This document shows, piece by piece, positions 1-12,104 of a stretch of DNA of 64,000 bases (the stretch's first letter is position 1; every line of letters starts with the position of its first letter). Origin of the DNA: Lama glama (Eukaryota). The DNA is taken from NCBI GenBank assembly GCA_028534125.1, contig CM052816.1:56422001-56486000 (forward strand), in the 5' to 3' direction. The notes beneath the pieces are model-generated. The model did not search any database. It was not told the DNA's origin and saw only the letters and a program-made list of their open reading frames with translations. Made by a program: the position numbers and the translations under genes.

Positions 1-829
1 CCCCTCAGCTCAGCTCTGCCCCTGGGGAGGTGTTCAGGGATGGACTGTTGCCCCTCAACTGGTAGCTTGGCTTTGTTCCAGGCACTCTGGTCTTGCTGTC
101 TTGTTGGCGGACAGTCTGAAAGCTTTAGAGATGTGGCTGGTTTAACTGGTCCCAAGTGACCATGGAACATTTCACTTCTAGCTCCCTTGGAAAAGCAGCA
201 TCTCTGCTTTTGACTGTGGTCGGGACCCTGATGCGGGATCAATGCTACAACCACTCAAAGGAGGTGCTGGCTTTCCTGAAGGTGCAAAGACTTGAAGATA
301 ACATTCTGCATACTTTATTGTTCTCTCCTTTTCAATTGCCAGAGCTTCACGAAAATGCCCAAGAATATATACTCTTCCCTTGCAATTTAAGTCAATTGCT
401 CATTAATTGACATACAAGCTTCTCTAGAAAGAGCTAATCCTCTTAGTTTTTAAAAATGTGACCTAGTTTTCTGCTTAGGTAGAGGATCACTTTTTTTTTC
501 CCCAGGCATCAAGCAAAATTTCTAACCTGAGATGACTTGTCTTGGCTCTGTTCAATCTCTGTTTCAGAGGCTTTTTCTCTGTACCCTCCCCTCCCCCTTA
601 TAGGTCCAGTACCGCCCAGCTGTTCACTGTTCTTTGCTGTGCAGCCCTAGCCTGCCCTGCCTTTGAGAGAAGGTCATTACTGGACTTACTTCCTCTCCAA
701 ATTCACCTGACTCCTTCTCTTGGCAGCCTTTCCCTTTCTGTTTATGGTAAATAATTTCCCTTTTAAAAAACTATTCCCTTTAAAATCATTATCTCTCTCA
801 TCACTATCACATCACCACGACTTCCTCCT

Positions 830-940
830 AACCTGTGCTGAGCACCTACTTTTTGCTAAGTCCTGAGGACACACAAACACATGAAAAGAATTTCTGTCCT
901 GGGAGAGTTTATAGTCTGATTGCAGGAAAGTAAGCACTAT
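830..940 (-). mobile_element. LINE-2 3' fragment (old, degraded)
   Basis: 'tgctgagcacctact...gtcctgggagagtttatagtctg' resembles the reverse complement of the L2 3' end (recalled consensus). Confidence 0.45.
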
Positions 941-1767
941 CGATAATGAATAGATTCCTGTCTTACTTCTAGAATAAAACACTTACGCATTCTCATAGGG
1001 AAATTATAGGAATATGATACCTTAGCCCAATGGTACTTTTGATATAGGCCAATGGGGAGGTATTCAGAAGAGGCAGGAAACTTTAAAATCACATCGTTTT
1101 TTCCCACCTTTTACCTCTTCTCTATCACCCTTTTCCAAACGATGACGTATGATCACAGACAATAAAACCCCAAGGAATCAGCGTGAGGGTGGGCTTGTCT
1201 GCTGCTGGGGAGGGTTCTGCTGTTATTTCTGTAGCTCATTCTAAATGACCTATGTTGAGCCCAGAGCCCAGTGAAGGTGATGCCCATGACTGTCAGAGCA
1301 GAGCTCCTGCCAAGCAGAGGCAGGATACAACAAGACACACAAAAGCAGAAGTCTCCCTGTTTCTGTAACATTTCCAGCTGGAAAACAAATCAGAGTTACG
1401 CATTCCAGCTATGCTTAGGAAGCCCTGAAATACCCAAGTAGTAATCATCTAGGTATGCTAACTACAGCTCAGGATCATTCTGGGCTTGTCAGTGCCCTAT
1501 GCCTGGTAGGTTTCCCATTAGCTGTGCTCACTTCTCTCTTTTTCTCCGAGGGCCAATTATTGGGGAAACGCAGCATTTCTACCCCCACCTCCATCCCCAG
1601 CCATTCAGAGAAAGTTTGTTACGCACCAGAATGTCTGACCATTACAATAAGCCATAAAGCCATTCCAGCGTAGGCGTTGGAAGAATTTAGCCTTTGAAAC
1701 ATGGATTAAAGACTTAAGGTTGATGACTGTAGAATTTTAGTGCCAAGAATTAGAAGAGACCAGAGAG

Positions 1768-1885
1768 AAGGATGGCCACACATTCCAGTGTAATTAGGAT
1801 GCCCCTCGTCCCATTGTAGTCACTAATGTTGCCTTTTTTTTCTCTCAAAAGTGCTTAGTTTGGACAAGTTTTATGGTTATTTTGC
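1768..1885. mobile_element. MER81/MER94-like hAT-Blackjack MITE relic
   Basis: 'ggatggccacacattccag...tctctcaaaagtgcttagtttggacaagttttatggttattt' matches the recalled MER81 pattern (agggtgacca...ctctcaaaagtgtcccggtttggac...atggtcaccct) with degenerate termini. Confidence 0.55.
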
Positions 1886-2399
1886 TTTAAAGATTATCCA
1901 GTTCATCTTTCAGTTTGGTTCACATTTAATGCAGAAATTACTTTTGCCCCTCCTTCCAAGCAAGGGATCATGTGTTTGCTCTTCACAGTACTGGCGAGGG
2001 GGAGCTTACTCCTTTGCCAGGAACCTCTAATTGTTAAGGAATTCTTGGTTCTGCATCAAAATCTTCCTTTCTCTAGCCTTCACCCTTTGATTCCAGTTCC
2101 TTCCTCTGCAACAATACAGCACAAACTTCTCTCTTCCACCCAATATTTTTCATGTCGGTTTTTTTGTGGGATATTTTTCAAGAATGTACTCATGTTGACT
2201 TAGAATACTTTTTTTTATATATATTTAAGATTCCAAGGAGCCTAAACAACTTTTATTATGCTATGAATGCAGCTGAATGATTGATTATATCCCTAGAAAT
2301 TTATAGGCAGGAAACAATATAACATGAAGAAACGAGGCTCTCTTTAAAGATGACTTCAAGCTAATGGCAGAAGTTGGATTTATATGCTTTGTTTTTAAA

Positions 2400-2865
2400 A
2401 TGATTTTTTAATTATTGTAAAATAATACAGGATGGTTGTTGGAGATTTAGAACATGTCAAAAAATAAAGAAAAAAGTCCCACTTGTGCCCACCAGCAGAG
2501 ATAATATTCCTGTTACTATTTTTGGTATATACCCTTTTATTCCTTTTTCTATGTGCATGTACTTGGTAGATACGTAATTTAATGAAATGAGCATCGCACT
2601 GAAGTAGTTTCCTCTACCACTTTTATATTATTATCATATAATAATCATTCTCCCACATCATAAATGAGCTTTAAAACCTGGTTTTATTGGATGCAAAATA
2701 CTCAAAAATATGCATTTTGCACTCTTCTAAAGATTCTTCTATTGCTAGACATTTAGGTTGTTTTTAACTGTACCAGTAATGCTGTAGGACACGTTCATAT
2801 GTCCTTGTCAGCCTCACTCATTACTTCCTTAGAATAGATTCCCATAAACGGATATTCTGCTTAAA
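2400..2865 (-). mobile_element. Old L1 (L1MC/L1ME-type) 3' fragment
   Basis: AT-rich stretch with 'ctattgctagacatttaggttgttttt...ttccttagaatagattccc', typical of antisense old L1 3' regions. Confidence 0.5.
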
Positions 2866-2869
2866 GAAC

Positions 2870-3245
2870 TGTATTTGTCTGTCTGGGCTGCCATAACAAA
2901 ATAACGTAGATTTGGGGGCTTAAACAACGGAAATCAATATTCGCACAGTTCTGAAGGCTGGAAGTCCCAGATCAAGGTGCTGGCTGATTTGATCCCCAGT
3001 AAGAGCCCTCTTCCTGGCTAGTCCATGGTCACCTTTTCACCGTGTCCTCACATGGCAGAGGGAGCTCTGGTGTCTCTTCCTCTTCTTATTAGGGTATCAT
3101 CCCTGTTAGATTGGGGCCTCATCCTCATGACCTCATTTAATCTTTGTCACTTCCCCATGGGCCTTATCTCCAAATACGGTCACTTTGGGGGTTAGGGCTT
3201 CAACGTGTGACTTTTGGGAGGGACACAAATATTCAGTCCATAGCA
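2870..3245 (-). mobile_element. MLT1A/MLT1A0 MaLR solo LTR
   Basis: Starts 'tgtatt...gggctgccataacaaaata' and ends 'gggttagggcttcaac...aaatattcagtccatagca' (TG...CA ends); ~375 bp; reverse complement of the recalled MLT1A0 consensus. Confidence 0.85.
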
Positions 3246-4969
3246 CGAATACAGATTTTTTCCATCCTCTTGATCTACAGACATCGACCATAAGTTTGAG
3301 CCAATTCAGAGCCCCACCAGCAAGGTGGGGAGAGCTCCTTGTAAGCAAATTCTTCTCAGCACAGAGCATGTTCATTAAGGGAAGAAAAAACTGTAGCCAA
3401 ACTCTTCTTAGAAAAGCTGTTGCTCCTTGTTTTAATTTGGGTTTCTTTGATTCCTAACAAGGTGACTATTTGTCATATCCTTAGATGCTGTTCATAGTTC
3501 TTATTTCAGGAATTAACTCTTCAGGCTTTCTGTTATTTATTTATTCATCTCGGCTTATCAGTGTGTCTGAACTGTTTATAGATTAATAATAAATGACAAC
3601 CGATGTTACCTAATGTTTTCTCTGTACCAGTATCGAAGCCAAGCATATAGCAGCTCCTTTACTGTACATCAAAATTCCCTGCCTGTTGTTTTAAAACCTC
3701 ATTTTAGAGACAAGGACCCTGAGACACAGAGAAATGAAGCCGATTTCCTACATGACAGACTTACAGCTACGGCCTCCAAATTATCCCCACACTCAGTGCG
3801 TTGGTCCCGCTGTGTTTTGGCTCTGTCTTTGGTGACCTGTTGTTGGTAGACTGAATTCCCTTTCCTTGTCCTCTCTGTATATTATCTATTCTTTTGTCTT
3901 AAAAATGAACACATTTTTGACCCCCTGTTTCTCCCTGTCTTCTGGGAGAGCTTTTCAAATTCTACACGTTACTGATTTGACTTCCCAGCCTCTGTTTTGC
4001 TGTCGTCAGTGCTGCCTTTATCTCTCTTATTGTACTTTCAGCCTCCTCATCTCAGCCAGCTCCCTGCGCCCCTGGCTCCTGTCTTTCCATTCCATTGTCT
4101 TGTCTTTCCATCTCATCATGCTCTTCCAGTTCTGCTTTTAAGCTGGGCTTTCTGTTCCTATTTCAGAAAGGCCATATATTCATAGATCCTATTGAAGACA
4201 CCATAACATGCCAGAGTATTTTTCTCTTTTTTTTTTCCCAGTAATAAATTATGCTCAAAGCTGTGTCCATCTTCTTGATCTTCAGGACATCGTTCCCTTT
4301 CTTGTGAGATTTGGCACTTTCTTCAGAGGCCTCCTATTTACTTCACTGTGTATTAATCCTCAGTTAGACTGGGTCCCCCTGGATTCAGGGTTTGCCAACA
4401 GATTTTGTGGTTCTGCTGTACAGAAATGGGACCTTCTCCCTGCACTGCCTGATTCTCTGATAGTCTGAAGCCGAGGGTGTTCGTGGAAATGTACGACTCT
4501 GGCGTGCACTGCTGTTAGATTCCCTGAAGTTGTTCCTCTTCCTAATACAGCTTCAGGGTGTGGGCTCCACCCCCGAGGCTGCCGGGCAGCGCTATACATC
4601 CTTTCAACTTCCTGCTTATTGTTTTCAGTCCACAGATGGGATAGAAAATTTGGCTGTGATGGGATTAGTGGGAGAGGACAAGATGGGGAACAGATGATTG
4701 GAGTGTTATTCTGGTGCCTTAAAAGAAACACTTGCCTGATAAAGGGACAGTTAACCCATTTTCCTTTTGGCATTGACCTTGGGCCTCTAACAATGGGCAG
4801 CCAGTGGGGAAGGCCCTGGGGCCACCTTGCATTCTTTGCCATGTGTGGGCTTCTCTGCTTCAGGAGGACAAGGACAGCCTGGCCACTCCCTGTTTCTTTG
4901 AGTCCCCCAACAGCCATCCTGGAATCGGTGGAAATTCTTTCACCATTTTGGCAATTTGGTTTTTGTTTT

Positions 4970-5069
4970 NNNNNNNNNNNNNNNNNNNNNNNNNNNNNNN
5001 NNNNNNNNNNNNNNNNNNNNNNNNNNNNNNNNNNNNNNNNNNNNNNNNNNNNNNNNNNNNNNNNNNNNN
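4970..5069. other. Assembly gap (exactly 100 N)
   Basis: Directly visible run of 100 N. Confidence 1.
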
Positions 5070-5215
5070 GTGTCAATTTCTGGTGTGCAGAATAATGCTT
5101 CAGTCATACATGAATATATATATATATATATATACATATATACATATTCATTTTCCTATTCTTTTTCACCATAAGTTACTACAAGATATTGAATATAGTT
5201 CCCTGTGCTATACAG
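5070..5215 (-). mobile_element. Young lineage (camelid-type) L1 3'-UTR fragment with internal (TA)n
   Basis: 'gtgtcaatttctggtgtgcagaataatgcttcagtcatacat...caagatattgaatatagttccctgtgctatacag' is closely similar to copies at 28.3, 33.6 and 42.6 kb in this window. Confidence 0.85.
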
Positions 5216-5249
5216 GTATCATTTTTAACTGGAAGTTCTTTACACTGTA

Positions 5250-6145
5250 ATTTTCTGCTTAACATTTCCTCCCAGACACTGAAGCTGCCTGAGTGTTATG
5301 TCTCGGGCACTCAGCATCAGAATCCTTCTTGACACTTCATCTCTCCCACTTATCTATTGCCTGGTCTTTTTGCCAGGCTTCTTGCCTGAGTGGCCATCCT
5401 TCCATCCCTGCCACTCCCACCTCAGTGAGAGCTTCACTCTTTGCCTTAGGGTTCTGTGGCTGCAGCTGCCTGGGCTCCCAGCCATCAGCCTCTTTCCTTT
5501 TCCACCTTCGTATTACTGTTAAATGCACTTTACTTAAGGACAACCTGGGAGAATTTCCTGGTTCCCCAAAGTTCCGCAGCGGCTTCTCTTTGTGATACTG
5601 ACAAATTCCAGATTTCAATCAACATTCTGGGTCCTCCATGACCCGTGCCCAGTCCTAACCCCTTCAGTCTACTGCACTATTCTGCTCTTAATAAACTTGA
5701 TGGATGGTTCACCTTTTCCTAATTCCTGCCTCTTCCTCTTTACTTATGCCATTCCTTCCTCTGGGATTCCTAGGATTATTATTTTTGCTGCAGTCTTACT
5801 CATCTTGTAGAACTTTATTATCATGCCATCTTCTCTAGGAGGCTGGAATGCAACCTCTTCTTTATCTGAGCCCTGACATTTAGACCCTCTAAGTAATACA
5901 TTCTGCTCTATGTTGGAGCTTGTACGTGCATACGTGTATGTGTACTACCTGCTCGCTCCCTTTTCTGATTGTAAGTTATTCTGTCTTGTGAAGCCATAGT
6001 TTCCTGGTGAGTAAAGTGAGCATAATCTTGGTGCTGAACTCACACATTTACGGTCTTGTTAAATAGACGAATGCACCTAGAAGGCTGAGCACAGGGCTCG
6101 ACCCACTGTAAGTGCTCAAAAAACAGGGGTGGAATAAACGAACCA
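5250..6145 (+). mobile_element. LINE-2 3' region, degraded
   Basis: Pyrimidine-rich L2-like body ending 'gctgagcacagggctcgacccactgtaagtgctcaaaaaacaggggtggaataaacgaa', like the L2 tail. Confidence 0.5.
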
Positions 6146-7199
6146 GTGATTCCTCTGATTTCACACCTTGATCCCATATTATTTCAAATGTTAAGACATT
6201 TTCTGATCCTAAACTATGCTAAATTTGCAAGGCTCTCAGTACCAGTTGCATTCCTCACTTTTCTCGAGCAATGCCAGAAGATTTAGGGGCAAGGAGGGAA
6301 TGATCAGACATAAGGGCCATTAGTGAAAACCACAGGCACTGAACAGCTGGATAATGTGAACAGACAAGTTCAGCTGAATCTCCAGAAATGCATCCATCAC
6401 AGGATGGTGGCAGTTTTTTGGGAACGTTAATAGATCTTGAAAAGAAGCCAGAGTGCAGAACGAAATGATTCTTAGAGCTGAGTTTTCAAAGCCAGTCTTC
6501 GTCATGCTCGACACCCTTTGGAAAGATGGCAAATTTAAGTGTAAACAGATCCGCTCGTTTTATTGAGATCCTTAGGAAATTGGAGAGTTTTGTTTTTTTG
6601 AGCAGCTCAATAACAGAGATGGCCTCAGGGACGGAGTCTGTCATTGCTTTGCCCATGCAATACTGTTCTCCCAAAGGGACTGTGCCGCAGGATCCCAGAG
6701 TGAATATTGCAAAAGCCACTAATAACGGGCCTTCTCACGTAACATTTTCTGGTATAAAATATCTTGGCTTAATATAGTCGAAATACATTGAAGTGTAATG
6801 CGGTCACCGTGACAATGTTCTGACATGCAATACTGTCCTCTCTACTTCTGTCTTGGTTTCTGTGGCGTCAGAGGTCCCAAGTGCATCAAGATGATAAATC
6901 CTTAGCTGAGACAACAGAGAAGCCACCACAGTACCACGCAGGATTTGATCTGTCATCTCATGTTGTTCTCAGGAGAGAAAGCAAGGGTGGTGTAAAGCAC
7001 AAAGCAATGTGGAGAACCTTGGATGAGGAATCAGGATTCAGTCCTAATGCTTCAGGAGGGTGAAGCCAGTGCGAGCTGGGCCCAGCATTTAACCACTGTG
7101 GGCTTTATCCATTAATTAAAGGGAACTGGGCCACAGGGTCCTTGAGGGAACTTTCAAAATACAGACTTTTCAATTCTAAGATTTCTCCGGGTGGGAGAG

Positions 7200-7345
7200 G
7201 AGTATGTCATGGTGGTTAGGTCTCTGGAATCAACAGGTTTGGTTTTGAACCCTGACAAAGCCCCTTTGTAGCTGAGACCCCAGACCATCCCTTGCTCACT
7301 CTGGGCCTCAGTTTCCTGACCTGTAAGATGGGGAGAGTAACACTA
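7200..7345 (+). mobile_element. MIR SINE
   Basis: Core 'ctctgggcctcagtttcctgacctgtaagatggggagagtaa' preceded by the tRNA-like head 'gtggttaggtctctggaatc'. Confidence 0.8.
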
Positions 7346-7359
7346 CTACTTGTATCCAT

Positions 7360-7720
7360 TCGCATGTGCAGCTGCTCAACAGACTTATCAGGGACTGAGG
7401 CTCTTCTGATGACTTCACCATCTTTGTTGTCCATCTTCATACTTGTCTCATCTTGCAAGACAGCTATGATTTCTTCAGATATTGTCTTCATTCATAGCAG
7501 GAAGCAGGGGGCAGAGATGAGAGGTGAAAGAAAGATTAAAAAAAAAAAAAGAAAAAGGGTGCAAAGGGCGAAGACACCTGCTTCAGGGCTGCTTCCCCCT
7601 TTTCTCCAAAAATGAAGAACCTTCCCCAAAGCTCCCAGATGATTTCTTCTTATATTTCATTGGTCAGAACAGGGCTACAAGGCCTCTCATCTGTGAGGGA
7701 AGGTGGCACAGTCTTTTTCA
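7360..7720 (-). mobile_element. Old MaLR LTR (MLT1J/K-like) fragment
   Basis: 'ttccccaaagctcccag...ttcttcttatatttcattggtcagaacagggctaca...ctgtgagggaagg' is a characteristic antisense MLT1J/K motif. Confidence 0.55.
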
Positions 7721-8419
7721 ACTCTGTAGACATGGTTCAGAGAAGGGGCTGGGATGCCCTGGGGTCCACCAGCACACAGGTGTGCCGCTTGGCCCCACAG
7801 CAACAGGATGTCACCGGGCCTGAGTGCTCAGTGAGGAGCTGGCCCAGAACTGGCACCTGTTCATTATCAGCTGTCATCCTCTAGGAACCGATTTCTCACC
7901 CCTTTGTCCTGATTCAGTCTCACCCCAGTGGTTCTCAACCATGCAGGGCAGGAATCCAGAGCCATTGAGATTTGGTATTAGGCAGTTATTCGACTCCTTT
8001 CCCTTAGAGAACTGTATTCCTTCCCTGTGCCTGCTTTGTGCACGCCTCCTTCAGTGTGTTGTCCAGGAGCTGTCACATCCTGCACCTGTGAAAGGAAAGC
8101 TGTGTAGCAGGGGAGGCTGAGATGGTCCTGGATGAGGTGTTAGGCTTGCGTGGGGCCCCCATCGGCTCTGACACAGCCACAGGCAATTCCCCAGGCGCTG
8201 GTGGCCAGGCCCCTGCACAGGCCCCATCTGTCTGGGCTTTGGCCATTTGTACCAGAGGGTGGGGCCTGACTTGAAGGCCACCAGGGAGAGGCTGCCGGGA
8301 GATTTCTGCCCAATAAGAACTCTCCACACGGGGCAGTAGTTAACTGACGCAATCGGCGCCTCTGTCTTAGAGTCATTCATTGAACACGAGAGTCTGGAGT
8401 TGGACAGAAGCCAAGGGGC

Positions 8420-9460
8420 ACAAGGAGAGGGGTCAAAGAAGCAGATGCCGCGAGGAACAGAAGCTGAGTGGGGGCACGCCGCCAGGTCGAGGAACCAGGT
8501 TATCGCAGCAGCTGCAGGAGCTGAACAGACAGCGGTTGTGTTATCATGACGGGAGAAGCAGCCCACGCTGTGCGGGGCAAGAAGGCCGGATGCTGGAGCC
8601 GCTGCTCTGCCTGAGGCTGCTGGAGCCTCCCTGTACCCGGGGGCGTGTCCCGATTGCCCTCTGGCTGGGCTCTTGCTCTCCTTGCCCCCCATGTGTCCCA
8701 TTTTGGGGTAACGGGCGAAGGTGTCCCATCCTGGTAGCTGCAGAGCTTGACTTGCGAAGGAATTCAAGTGCTTTAGGCATGGCAGTGTGCTATTCCATTC
8801 CTCCGGAGCAGGAAAGGGAGACGGAGGCACACGTCCCACCCGGGCTGCGGGTTACGCAGCAGCCGATCGCGCGGTGGGAGAAACCTCCCCAAGGCCGGGC
8901 TGCGATTCCTTTTTGGGCGGGCACGGCGGCTCAGCAGCCGGGGCCCCCGGGGCCCCCGGGGCCCCCGCTGCTGCCGCGGAGCCTCTTTGGAAGGGGATTC
9001 GGGGAGCCCACTCTGCCGCCAGATGCTGGCTATATTGACACAATCCTCCCTAGGCTGTTGCTTGTGTAATTCGATTGTTTGATTGACTTTACATTGTGCG
9101 ATGCTGGAAGAGGCGGAGAAACAACAGGTTTTTGGCTGTACCCTCTGGCCTGTTCTGTTCTGTCTTGTTGGCTTGAAGGATCTCATGAAGTTTTGTGTTG
9201 CTGCCAACCGTCTCCCCGGGTGTTTTTCGCGGGCGGCATCCTGCTTCCCACCAGCGCGCCTTCCTCCAGGCGCCGGCACGCGGGTGGGGTGCGCAGGCCG
9301 TCGAAATTCACTTGAACCCCCTTCCAGGGCCCCCCACCCCCCACCCCGGGTCAGTGCGGGTGCTGTTCCTCCTCCCCTCCTCCCCTCGGGAAATGGCTGT
9401 GTTGTTTGATTGGACAGCTCTCGTGATGTCTGGCGGCTCTGACACAAGCGAACACAGAAA
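8420..9460. promoter_or_regulatory. CpG island 1 (orphan promoter/enhancer-type)
   Basis: High GC and dense CpG (e.g. ccgatcgcgcgg, cgcgggcggc, ggcgccggcacgcggg) compared with the CpG-poor flanks; no repeat signature; GC box gggcggg at ~8915. Confidence 0.75.
8940..8966. repeat. (GGGGCCCCC)3 tandem repeat flanked by inverted CAGCAG/CTGCTG
   Basis: Read directly: cagcagcc-ggggccccc-ggggccccc-ggggccccc-gctgctg. Confidence 0.95.
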
Positions 9461-9974
9461 CCAGTTTCCCTGACGTCCTGGCTGGGCTGATTTCCTAGTA
9501 TGGAGCTGTGAAGCCACATTTCATCTCCATTTCCAGGCATGTGTCTTCTTTATTAACTCCAAGCTTCGGCCCTTTCTTCTCGAGCTTCCATTCCTCTGTT
9601 ATTGTTGACACCCATCCCCCTTCCTTTCAGCTGTAACCAGACTTAAATAAGAACCCCCTGACAGGGTCAAACACTCTGGTTACGAAACGTTTCCCACACG
9701 TGACTGGATGGTGCCCCTGCCCTCCGTATTAGGAACGGCTTGGGAGCCCTGCTTTGGGACCCAAGAGGGGGACTGGATCAGACTGCCTGTCCCCTCCTTT
9801 ACTGCTGAGTAAGCCTTGCAGTGTGTGTGGAGGGGACCTGGGGTGGGGGGGATTCAGGGTGTGCCTGACAGCTGGAGTAAGGCTCTAAATGCCTCTTCCC
9901 TTAGAAACAATACTATCCATGGAGGTCAGAAAGCCATCTTACCCTCCCAGAGCTCCACATTACAGTGTAAGTTA

Positions 9975-10150
9975 CACTAGTGACTCTGAACTTGGACGGC
10001 CCACCTAGGATTACCTGGGGGTCTTTCAAACCCTGCTTGCGTCAGTCACCAGAGTCGGATTAAACAGGTCTCAGCAGGGCCCAGGCAGAAGTGCTTCTAA
10101 GAAGTTTCCCTGGAAATTCTACTGTGTGCACTGGGTTGAGAGCCCTGGGA
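9975..10150. mobile_element. MER5-type hAT-Charlie MITE
   Basis: 'tagtgactctgaacttgg...ggattacctggggg...gggcccagg...aagtttccctggaaattct...gggttgagagccctg' has the MER5 layout with degenerate TIRs. Confidence 0.65.
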
Positions 10151-10344
10151 TTTTGGAGCAGGGCCAGGACTGGGCTGAAGCCCAAGGGGCAAAATCTAAG
10201 GCGCCGTGTAGGTCGGCCACGTTTTGGGGGTGGCCTTAGAAACTCAGACAACGTGGGATTGTTTGGATGGAGAGCGGTTTTCGTTTCAAACTTGCATATT
10301 GTAAAGACATTTCCAGGGCACGATCCCTTTATAAGCTGGGGCTC

Positions 10345-10620
10345 TCGCCCTTCCTCCTGCTTCTCTGAATAGCCCATCTCTTTCGAACTCCTCTTATCCC
10401 AAGCGACTTCTTGTTTCTTTCCCCTCTCTCCTCATTTCTAGCACTTTCTTCCTCTCCTTTGCCTCCTCCTCCCTTTTCTCCCTTTTGTCCCTCTTCTCCG
10501 AGAGCAGGCGCTTCACTTTCTCCCTCCTTGTGTACTTTGGCCATTTTTGTGCTGCGGTGCCTGCCCACTCTTCTTGGATCCCTGTCGGTTTTTTCCCTCC
10601 CTCCCCCTCTGCACACCCAC
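10345..10620. repeat. Polypyrimidine/polypurine low-complexity tract
   Basis: Long CT-rich run (ttcttcctctcctttgcctcctcctcccttttctcccc...). Confidence 0.8.
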
Positions 10621-12104
10621 CATCGCCCAATCGTCAGCCAAACGGTTCCAGTTTCCAAAATTCCTCCCAAGGTTCTTGTCGTTAACTGGCTGTCGCTGTG
10701 TCCTGCTGCTCCAGCTGCTCTTTGTGAACTACTGCTCAGCCCCAGTCGACACCAGATGGTTTTGCTAGGCTAGGAGGGTGAAAGGGGAGGAGGAAGTCAG
10801 GACTGGGGAGGGTAGAAAGATGAAGCTGTCACCCACTCTTCCTCCCCCTGAAGCTAATTTAAGGAGTCAACATACATGTCTGTGAAGGTTTTAAGACCTT
10901 ATTCACAGTGGCCTGAGAGGCAGGTCCCCTTCTGACACCTCATCCCTGGTGGCACAGCCACCCAGTCTCATCTGGGGACGGTTCTGCCCTCTGGATTTCC
11001 TTGAAAGATAAATGGTTCTATCATCTTTTCCCTTGGCCCCTCCAGCACTCCTGGCACCTCTGCACTTAGGAATTAGCCGCTGTGCATCACAACCCGGCCA
11101 GCTCTTCAGAGCTGGGCCAGCGTCCTTTTTCTTGTGTGGGAAAGATGAAGAGGAGGAAAAAAGCCCAAGGCCCACATCATCCAGTTGGAAGTGTTGAAAG
11201 GTTCCCTTCCTGCCAGGCATGGTCCACACAGGCGGAAAATGCAGCTCCCTGGGAACCTGTCCCAGGATGGCCTGTGAGAGCCTTGCGGGGGACGCATGAG
11301 GTCTTTATCCTGAGCTCTGCTCTCTCAGCTACACAGAGTCACCATGGCTCTGGAGCCGGGGCTGGTCCTCATGGGCTCAGTTCCCGCCTGCACCCAGGAG
11401 GCAGGATTGGGGTAGAGGAGGCTGGTAGCGCAGCTTGGCGGGTCCACGTGTGTGGGGCCGATCTCTGGGGCCCACCCTTTAGGTCACCCATCTTTGGTTG
11501 GCATGAGTAGGATGTCACCGGGGGCTGGGACTGCCCCGGCTTACCCAAGAGAGCAGGGCAGTGTGGTGTCTGCTGACTTGGCTCACTCTGCAGGGATGGG
11601 AGAAAGGAAAATGAATCCCTGGCTTTTTCACAGCTCCAGTTTCCAGATTTTCCAGGGCCTCCAATTCCAGATCAGTCCTGCTTCTCTAGGCCATTCTGTG
11701 TGCCATGGGCTTAGACTGAGTTCCCAAGTCCCTCTTCAAGAGAGGCCGGAGCAGGGTTGGGTCTGTGGAGGGTGGGAGGCCCTGTGGTCCTGGCTGTGGT
11801 GAGCAGAGGCCAGAGGGGCTGGGGACCAGATATAGGGGATGGGCCTTCCTCACCCCTCACTCACCTACAAGGAAGCGAGGGCCCTCCAAGGGGGCGGGTA
11901 GTAAAAGCTGCTAACCCCGTCTTTGTACTGTGATGTGAGGGCAACAGCCTCCTGGCTGGGGACCTCGGGACAGCACTGCGCTCTCTGAGCAGAGGGAAGT
12001 GTCAGATTTCTCTCCCAAAGTCTTCATGGAGTCTCCCTTTGTGAGGACTTTGTGCCTCCTCCCTGTGTCACTGTAGCTCTGTTTCCTGTCGCAGACCGAG
12101 CCCG

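Noticed and set aside
4360..5250. ORFs of 60-238 aa spanning the N run
   Set aside because: They are extended artificially through undetermined bases.
9014..9031. CTCF-like CCGCCAGATGCTGG (also a weak match at ~11883)
   Set aside because: Mismatches at core GGC or CCAS positions.
8380..9069. 229-aa ORF containing GPPGPPGPP (collagen-like), plus overlapping 255-262 aa minus-strand ORFs
   Set aside because: Only three Gly-X-Y units, produced by a 9-bp DNA repeat. Long overlapping ORFs on both strands are expected in GC-rich, stop-poor CpG islands, and no recognisable domain is present.
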